From Candidatus Micrarchaeota archaeon (GTDB taxonomy: Archaea; Micrarchaeota; Micrarchaeia; Anstonellales; Bilamarchaeaceae): DNA of 64,000 nucleotides. Positions 27,486 through 34,700 of the stretch are shown here, piece after piece; within the stretch, counting starts at the first letter, position 1, and every line of letters begins with the position of its first letter. The notes below the pieces were generated by a model that was not told the origin of the DNA, made no database searches, and worked only from the letters and a program-made list of their open reading frames with translations. The stretch lies in the NCBI GenBank assembly GCA_032123335.1, contig JAQBFN010000001.1, positions 1,244 through 65,243 of the forward strand. Reading direction: 5' to 3'. The translations under genes were made by a program, and so were the position numbers.

Positions 27486-28506
27486 TTGGGGAAAAGTGCG
27501 TTTTTACTGCGCGGAAGCCCGCATCCTGAAGGTTTTTGATGAGGGCTTCAGTTTTGGGCGGGGGCTGGATATTCAGGCGTGCACAGGTTTTGTGAATCTC
27601 ATAGAACCAGGGGGGCATTCCCACTTCCCCCTTCATGAGCTCAATGGTTTTGTGAAGCTCTTTTTTGTGATTGTAATCGCGCTGGGAATTGAGCTCCTGC
27701 ATTTTTTCCAGGGTTTCTGCATCATGAAGCTCCCCTAGCCAGAGTGGGCCCGCAATTGAGGCACGCTTCCCGCATCTGGGGCAGGTTTCCAGGCCCATCG
27801 GGCCGGATTGCCTGTGCCCGCAGGAAGGGCAGAACGTAATGTATCCTGTACGGCTGAAAGTTTCGAGAGCTTTTTCAGAATTGTGCTCAAGCTTAATGAA
27901 AATCTTGAAGAAATGCCTGTGGGAAAGGGAAGCAAGGGGCTTTATGCCGAAGTTGAATTCATTTGCAACCCTGGAAACATATTTGAGCAGGATGCGGATT
28001 CCGACTTCGTGGAAAAGCTCATCATGGAGGGGGAAGGAATGGTAGATGCGCTTGCACGCATGCGGGTGGGCACCGCATAAAACTGCAGTGTCCGTGGCGG
28101 TAATGGAGAGGTAGCCTCCTTTTGTGCGGCGGAATGAGCGGACTGCATGGTAGGTGTAGGGCGCGGGGGAACCGAAGGGGTCGATTTCCAGGAAATCAAA
28201 TCGCTTATTCATGAGGAAGGAGTTGAATTCATCCTCGTTTGCAACTGCTTCGATGCCGTTTTCCTTTGCGTTTTTTTCTGAGAGCTTTGCTGCTTCAGGG
28301 TCCATGTCCACGAACTCAAGGGAACTTATGTTTGGGTTTTCCTTTGCGTACCTGATTCCGCGGATTCCTGTTGCGGAGAATCCATCCAAAATGGAAAGCT
28401 CGCCGGGAAGCGTACCTACGAGCAGGGAGGAGAATGAGCGGCAGAACTGCATATGCGGATTGTAGAAATTCTTTCCGGCTTCAAACTCGATTCCTTCCTC
28501 ATTCAT
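27430..28506 (-). CDS. trm1: tRNA (guanine(26)-N2)-dimethyltransferase Trm1
   Basis: FYNPHMQF, EIDPFGSP, ITATDTAVLCG, and a Cys4 cluster CPSCGH...CPRCG. Confidence 0.85.
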   Translation of the reverse strand: MNEEGIEFEAGKNFYNPHMQFCRSFSSLLVGTLPGELSILDGFSATGIRGIRYAKENPNISSLEFVDMDPEAAKLSEKNAKENGIEAVANEDEFNSFLMNKRFDFLEIDPFGSPAPYTYHAVRSFRRTKGGYLSITATDTAVLCGAHPHACKRIYHSFPLHDELFHEVGIRILLKYVSRVANEFNFGIKPLASLSHRHFFKIFIKLEHNSEKALETFSRTGYITFCPSCGHRQSGPMGLETCPRCGKRASIAGPLWLGELHDAETLEKMQELNSQRDYNHKKELHKTIELMKGEVGMPPWFYEIHKTCARLNIQPPPKTEALIKNLQDAGFRAVKTHFSPIGIKTDADICSFGKALKS

Positions 28507-28510
28507 ACGC

Positions 28511-29704
28511 TCACCATGATTTCATGAACTCGCGGAGCGCGCTTGTGGCGTAGGAGCCTGCGGAAAGCGAGAACGTGAATACGTTTTCCCTGAACTGGAA
28601 ATCCTTGAAAGTGGAGAGAAGGGGGCGGTAGTGCCCTTTGGAGGAAAGTTCGGGCATCTCTTCAATCCTGAATGCATCAAGGGAAATTTCATGCCTTTCC
28701 AGGAGCGCTTTTTCCCGCTCGTTTGGATTGGAATTATAGCCGAGAAGCTTTCCGCAGAGCCAGTCCATTCCGGGCTTTTCAGGCTCCGGGAACCCATAGG
28801 AATTAGAGGAGCAATAGAATTCGCCATCTTCCTTGCGCACCATCCCGTCCTTTATTCTTTCGGAAAGGCATTCATTGAATAGATAGGATTGGAATGCGTG
28901 GACAAAGAGGAGGAGGGTGTAGCGGGGAAGCTTTCTGAATGCGCCTATGTAATCTTCCGGGTTCTCGGAAAGGTATGCGAGCATTGTACGCTCTAGCTTC
29001 AGGTGCTTGGGGAATTCTTTTAGCGCGGAGGAGAAATCGCCTGATTCGAGAAGGCGGGAACGGGCTTCCCGTGCTCCCTTGTGCTCCTCTTTCCCTGTTT
29101 CCGCAAGAAAGTGCATTGCAGCCTCCTGGAAGCGTTTCCTCAAAATCAATTCGCCTACGCGGTGTGTATTCTGCCTTGTGGAGCCAAAGCGCTGGGGGCC
29201 AAAATAGTTTGGGAATTTCCCGTCTAATTTGGAAAGGGTTGAGGAAACCTTTTCTTCTGCACCTTCGGAATCGCCGTTCCATACAATGCGGAAACGGTTT
29301 CCAAGCAGGTCACCGAGCTGAACCTTTTCCTTGGCGCCCCACGCACCATTAACCTGCAAATCCATGAGCGCAAGGGAAATGATACTTTCCTTGGGAACAC
29401 CGAAAACAGAAACACGCTGGGTGGTTACTGCAACTTTATCTTTGGTGCCTGCGTAGCTAAAGCGCTTCTGCCCAACGCGCAAAGCTTTTGCGATGCGCTT
29501 AAGTGCGGAGGAAGTGCTCCAGTCCTTTTTCTGCAGGATAAACTGGGTGTATGCTTCCCCGGAATCAGGGTACTTTAAAGTTTTGTAGAGCTCGAGAACC
29601 GTGCCGTCCGGTGTAATCTCCTCAACCGTGAAATCCTCGGGGGAGCGCTTTATGTCGCCTCCGATTCCTTCAGATGTTGAGAGGTATGACCACTCAAAAT
29701 TCAT
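28511..29704 (-). CDS. truD: tRNA pseudouridine synthase TruD/Pus7 type
   Basis: GIGGDIKRSPEDFTVEEI and YAGTKDKVAVTTQ motifs. Start set at MNFEWSYL (ATGA overlap with the upstream gene's stop) instead of the track's 57-aa Arg-rich extension. Confidence 0.85.
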   Translation of the reverse strand: MNFEWSYLSTSEGIGGDIKRSPEDFTVEEITPDGTVLELYKTLKYPDSGEAYTQFILQKKDWSTSSALKRIAKALRVGQKRFSYAGTKDKVAVTTQRVSVFGVPKESIISLALMDLQVNGAWGAKEKVQLGDLLGNRFRIVWNGDSEGAEEKVSSTLSKLDGKFPNYFGPQRFGSTRQNTHRVGELILRKRFQEAAMHFLAETGKEEHKGAREARSRLLESGDFSSALKEFPKHLKLERTMLAYLSENPEDYIGAFRKLPRYTLLLFVHAFQSYLFNECLSERIKDGMVRKEDGEFYCSSNSYGFPEPEKPGMDWLCGKLLGYNSNPNEREKALLERHEISLDAFRIEEMPELSSKGHYRPLLSTFKDFQFRENVFTFSLSAGSYATSALREFMKSW

Positions 29705-30183
29705 TTGTTTTCTCCTTTGTAGACTCCTTCGTAGGAATCTTTTGCGGATTCTAAAAGCTTTACGAAAACAAGCTGGCCTATTTTCGCATCCTTCTTGAGC
29801 TTTGCGCCATGGGGGTTGGAAACGATAAGGAGGGCTTCGCTCCTTCCCTCGTATCCTGGGTCCCATACTGCGCACTCAAGCGTAATTCCTGAGCGGAGCA
29901 GGGAAGAGCGCGGGAAGCAGAGTGCTGCCGCATCCTGCGGAATCTTTACGTACTCGTTGAAAATTACTTTGTATGAGCCCGCTGGGAGTGTGACCCAGCC
30001 ATCCTCAAAAGGAAGCTCTTCCACCTCGCTTATTTTCCTTTGGGAATTATCAAAATCGATCTGCCCATGGGAGGAAAACTTGAGGATTTTACTTAGGGTT
30101 ACATCCACACCCGCGGGCTGGAACTGCGAATCCCCTACATGGCCGGAAATAAAAGAAAAAAGAAGATGTTTTGGAAGGATCAT
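29701..30183 (-). CDS. dCTP deaminase/dUTPase family protein (size fits the archaeal dUTPase branch)
   Basis: 160 aa. FQPAGVDVTL and VWDPGYEGRSEALL...IGQLVF pattern. Confidence 0.75.
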   Translation of the reverse strand: MILPKHLLFSFISGHVGDSQFQPAGVDVTLSKILKFSSHGQIDFDNSQRKISEVEELPFEDGWVTLPAGSYKVIFNEYVKIPQDAAALCFPRSSLLRSGITLECAVWDPGYEGRSEALLIVSNPHGAKLKKDAKIGQLVFVKLLESAKDSYEGVYKGENK

Positions 30184-30650
30184 TCCTTCTCATCCTCTGC
30201 ATAGATGTAATCCCAGACCATGAGCTTGTAATCGAAAAGCTCTTCGGGCTTGAAGAAGCGCGCAAGCTCTTTTTCTGCGGTTTCAGCAGAATCAGAAGCG
30301 TGGATTGTGTTCCTTCCGGTGCTGTTGGAGAAATCTCCGCGCACGGTTCCCGCTTCGGCCTTCCTTGAGTTGGTTACGCCTACTATTTTGCGCACAACTT
30401 CGATTGCTTCCTGGCCCTCAACCGCGAATACTAGAATCGGGTCGGCAGTCATGAATTTTTCCAGGCCTGGATAGAATGGCTTGTCAACAAGGTGGGCATA
30501 GTGCTCCCTTGCAAGCTCGGGGCTTATCTGGATCATCTTCATCCCGATGATTTTGAGGCCCTTGCGCTCAAACCTTGCAACTATCTTGCCTACAAGCCCG
30601 CGCTGGAATGCGTCGGGCTTGACCAGCACAACTGTTTTTTCCATAGCCAT
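30180..30650 (-). CDS. ndk: nucleoside diphosphate kinase
   Basis: TVVLVKPDAFQRGLVGKI and NTIHASD (active-site His). Start at Met14 of the track ORF. Confidence 0.9.
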   Translation of the reverse strand: MAMEKTVVLVKPDAFQRGLVGKIVARFERKGLKIIGMKMIQISPELAREHYAHLVDKPFYPGLEKFMTADPILVFAVEGQEAIEVVRKIVGVTNSRKAEAGTVRGDFSNSTGRNTIHASDSAETAEKELARFFKPEELFDYKLMVWDYIYAEDEKE

Positions 30651-30654
30651 TGGA

Positions 30655-30870
30655 TCACTTCTTTTCTGGCGTAGCCTTGGATTTAGCATTCTTGGTTTCA
30701 GAGGGTTCCTTTTTCCTCTTTACCCATGCGGCTTTCTTCCCTACTCTCTTGAGGCCAAGCTGGTTGTTCCTGCACTTGCTGGAACAGAAAAAGAAAGTGG
30801 TTCCGTCCTTCTTTGAGAAAAGGTAACCTTTACCTTTTCCTACTTCTTTTTGGCAGAATGCACATCTCAT
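30655..30870 (-). CDS. rpl24e: 50S ribosomal protein L24e
   Basis: MRCAFCQKEVGKGKGYLF...FFCSSKCRNN. The track ORF begins at an upstream GTG; ATG at 30868-30870 is preferred. Confidence 0.85.
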   Translation of the reverse strand: MRCAFCQKEVGKGKGYLFSKKDGTTFFFCSSKCRNNQLGLKRVGKKAAWVKRKKEPSETKNAKSKATPEKK

Positions 30871-30875
30871 TTCAT

Positions 30876-31085
30876 TCACCTGGCCCTTATTTCTTTGGCT
30901 TCACGCTCGGCTTCGAGGAGCATCAGGATCATTCCCTTCTTTACCGGGCCCTTTACGTTCCTGAGGATAACCCTTCCTTTTTCCGGGCCTTCAAGAACCT
31001 TGCATAGCACCTGGTAAATCTCTCCATAAATGCCGGTCTTTGCCTTGATTTCAACAACTTCAGCCGGTGTTCCCTGTGAGCTCAT
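30876..31085 (-). CDS. rps28e: 30S ribosomal protein S28e
   Basis: PAEVVEIKAKTGIYGEIYQVLCKVLEGPEKGRVILRNVKGPV pattern. 69 aa. Confidence 0.9.
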   Translation of the reverse strand: MSSQGTPAEVVEIKAKTGIYGEIYQVLCKVLEGPEKGRVILRNVKGPVKKGMILMLLEAEREAKEIRAR

Positions 31086-31095
31086 TAGTTAGCAC

Positions 31096-31704
31096 CTACT
31101 CCTTCTTCTCTTCAGGCTTGGGCTCCTCTTTCTTCTCCTCGGGCTTCTCTTTCTTCTTTTCTTCAGCCTTAGGTTTATCCTTCTTTTCTTCTTTAGGGGC
31201 CTCTTCCTTCTCTTCCTTCTTTTCTTCCTTGGGTGCTTCCTCTTTCTTCTCTTCCTTGGGCTTTTCTTCCTTCTTAGGCTTCTCCTTCTTCTCTTCCTTT
31301 GGAGCCTCTGCAGGCTTCTCCTCTTTAGGAGCTGCAACGGGTGCACTGGCCTTCGGGAGCCTCTTAAGGATACCCTGGAGGAGCTCTGCTGCGCCTCCTG
31401 CGTCTTCGATTGCAATTGTGGAAGTTCCTACTCCGATTCCCACTGCGTCGCCAAGGTCCTTCTTGGTCTTGACGTATGCATAGGGGACGCCCTTATCTTC
31501 ACAGAGTGAAGGCATGTGGATTAGGATTTCCTCTGGCTGGACATCTTCCGCCATAACTACAAGCTTTGCAACCCTGCGCTCAACGGACTTTGTTGCCTCG
31601 TTGATCCCCTTGCGGAGCTTTCCTGTGTCTTTTGCAACGGAAAGTACCTCAAGTATGTTTGTCACTACCTCATCTGGGGTTTCATATTTTACATAACTCG
31701 CCAT
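31096..31704 (-). CDS. rpl7ae: 50S ribosomal protein L7Ae (kink-turn binder) with a roughly 80-aa Lys/Glu/Pro-rich C-terminal extension
   Basis: The N-terminal ~120 aa (KLRKGINEATKSVERRVAKLVVMAEDVQPEEI...) are canonical L7Ae. Tail: APKEEKPAEAPKEEKKEKPKKEEKPKEEKKEEAPKEEKKEE... Sits in the conserved L7Ae-S28e-L24e-ndk order. Confidence 0.9.
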   Translation of the reverse strand: MASYVKYETPDEVVTNILEVLSVAKDTGKLRKGINEATKSVERRVAKLVVMAEDVQPEEILIHMPSLCEDKGVPYAYVKTKKDLGDAVGIGVGTSTIAIEDAGGAAELLQGILKRLPKASAPVAAPKEEKPAEAPKEEKKEKPKKEEKPKEEKKEEAPKEEKKEEKEEAPKEEKKDKPKAEEKKKEKPEEKKEEPKPEEKKE

Positions 31705-31780
31705 ATATTCACCTCATATCATTGGCTTAGGAGTAAATGAATGGTAAGATTTATAAAAGATAAAGAAAGAGTGGAGGGCC

Positions 31781-34700
31781 CTACTCCATGTCTTTGGGCC
31801 TTCTTTTCTTCTTCCTGGATGCAATCACGTAGATTATCGCAATCAGGATGAGGATAAATAGTGCTATCCATACTCCCCGGATAATTATATCCCAGATTGT
31901 TTCACCTGAGATGGCAACGAATTCATCCTCTGCCCCTATAAATCCTTCCTTGCTGACCGTAATCCAATAATCTCCTGGTTCGGTGGGAACGAAGGTGAAT
32001 TGGCCGTTCTCATCTGTGAAGCCGCCTCCTATAGGATTGTCCCCTACATATACTGTTACTTCTGCATCAGGAACCGGGTCACCATTGCTGGTTACGGTTA
32101 TTGTAACTTCTTCACCGGTGCCAGTTTCATCCGGGACATCTGTTTCCATGGGCTGGTCTCCCTCCTCTCCGGGAATCTCCTGCTCGCACTCATGGATTGT
32201 GAAGTTGCAGTAGTAGTCAACCCCATAGAGGATAATGCAATCCGGGTCTGAGCAGCACTCGTAGTATACACATGCATGGTCGAACGGGTATCCGCATACG
32301 CAGTCCAGGTCAACGCATTCCTCTGTTTCAAGGTCGCAGTACTGGTCATATTCACAGGTGTCATTGCTGGTGCAACCGCCTTCCGGAGGCTCTTCCCCTC
32401 CGGTGCATTCGTAATCTATGCACTGTTCTCCGGGCGGGCAATCCTCATCTTCGATGCATTCCACATAGTCACAGATGCAGTCTATGCAAATGGGGATTGA
32501 ATCAAGGTCAGGGCATGGGAATTCTTCGGTTTCCATACACTCTGAAGGGTCAGGGCAAAGGTCCTGGCTTCCACATTCATAGCCTTTCCCCAGGATACAT
32601 TCGCTATTGAACATGTTGCAGACATAGCAGTCTCCGTACATATCCACACAGTCATCATTGCTGGTGCACTCAAAAGGCTCAAGCACTTCAAAGTACTGCT
32701 CATCATACTCGTATCCGGATTTCTGGCCGGATGCGCGATGAGTTCCCGTAATGGTTGGGACAAAGATTGTTTCTCCGTTTGAATCTGTCTTGCTCTCAAT
32801 AAACTTCCACATTCCATCGTAGAAGCGGACGGTTACGTCCGCATTGTTCAGGGGGGCTCCATCAGTAGTCACAATAATGAGAACATCTTCTCCTAAGTAT
32901 GCGGGCTCCACAACATCGATTTCAAGGGGCTTGTCAGGGCTACCTCCGTCGCCTCCTCCAATAGACTTAACATCCAAACGAGTGGAGTTGGTTGCGATTA
33001 CTGGAGTTCCTGCCATGGGAGTGCCCGTAACCACCACATTATTCCAAAGATTTCCTGAACCGGTTGTAGTTACATTATATACAATTATCGTGGAGTTTCC
33101 GGGAGTAAGGTTCAATTCCACATTGGTCCAGTAGATTGTCTGGCCGCTGGAGGAAGTGTTTACAGGGTCGGATTCCAGGAACACAATTCCCGCAGGTAGA
33201 GTATCATTTACTGAGACAGTAAGGTTCATTGTCCCCGTGTTGGTGATATTCAGCGTATATGTTGCATCAAGGCCCACATAAACCCCATGAGCAATAACGT
33301 CCTTTTGCACATAGATTGCGGGAGCCTCAAGCTGCACAGATGCATTAGAGGAATTAGTGTAGTTTACCCCAAATAGGGACATTCCTGTCACATTCGCATC
33401 ATTGGTGTGCAGCCCCGGAGTTGCCCCTGGATCCACAGTTGCATTTAGGAGTATTATTACTGCGGTGTTTGGCGCAAGGGTAGCGATGGTCCAGTTAACT
33501 GTCTGGCCCGCGTTAGTGTAAGGGCTTGTGTTGGTTGCATTAAAGCTGAGGTCAACTGGAAGCTCATCCCAAATTTCCACATTGGAGAAGGTAGTATTCC
33601 CCGTGTTGTTTACAACGAGCTGGAATTCCACTATTGCGCCGGGTGCATATGCTGGAACAGCGTTAAGTACCGTTTTCACAATAGTGAGGTTCTCGGTGAA
33701 CTGGAGGATTCCGTAGTCGCTTGCAGGGTTCATGTTGTACAGGGAAAGCGTCCTTGCTCCAGTATCCGGAGTATCATTCATTATGCTCCATCCGGTGTCA
33801 TTGTACTTCACAAGATTGAAGAAATTGGGATTGTATATCGGGAGTTCTTGTGCTGCAGTCCATTGCCATACGATTTCATCGATGGAGAGGGTTCCTGCCC
33901 AATCAGTAATATTTGCAAACCCTTCAAAGGCGATTGCCTGGCCAAAGAGCGGGGGAGTTACTGTCCAGTTTATCGTGAACACGTCCGCTGGCATATTGTC
34001 ATAAAGAGATAAATTCGTATAGTTCACATGATTTCCCGCTGGGCTGTCAATTACTAGGTCGGTAAAGTAAATGTCTGCCCCTACTCCCGTCATGAAGACA
34101 TCAGAAAAAGAATTGTTATGCGTATGAGTATCCGTGAAATTCACTACACCAAACATCGTTGCGAAAAGGCCAACGGCATTATCATAAAGTTCAGCCTTGG
34201 TAGAATTGATGTTGGCAACTCCACCACTGAGAAGGATTCCGTTTGAACTGTTATGTGCTGTTGTATTGTAGAGGGTTAAACTGTTAGATTCCAGATCAAA
34301 CGCGTCCCCTGAGCAGTTATATGCAATGTTATTTGTTAGTGTTGAATGGTCCATTTGGTTTAATTTAAAACAATCATTCGGTGCATCATAAGCAAGGCAA
34401 TTGGAAATATTGGAATATAGCGAATCGGTAAGGTAGAATGAGTTTCCAGTGTTGTTATACGACACGACATATTCAATCTTTGTGTAGTCACTCCACTCGA
34501 CATATACTCCTATGGCGCTGTTGTTGTAAACATTCACCTTGAGCGCATCGCTACTTCCTGCTATCCAAGAATCGCTCGTGTTCTCGAAATAGATGCCGCG
34601 CTCTCCGTTGTGGCGGAAGTATGCCTGCCTATTGTTTGCAGGAGGGTTAAATCCTACCACAAGGACATCTGTGGAAGAAGTTACATAAATGCCATTGCGC

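Noticed and set aside
29705-29875. Long N-terminal extensions offered by the ORF track for truD (57 aa, Arg-rich), mvk (25 aa), ITPase (19 aa), ndk (13 aa), the 50170 lipoprotein (15 aa) and others
   Set aside because: The extensions overlap the preceding gene and lack homology-like sequence. Internal Met codons give canonical N-termini and typical ATGA or short overlaps.
31089-31415. 108-aa Arg/Lys-rich ORF in another frame of the L7Ae tail; plus-strand 31067..31483 (S/F-rich)
   Set aside because: These are alternative frames of the GAA/AAG-rich repeat. Only the KEP frame is continuous with the L7Ae domain.
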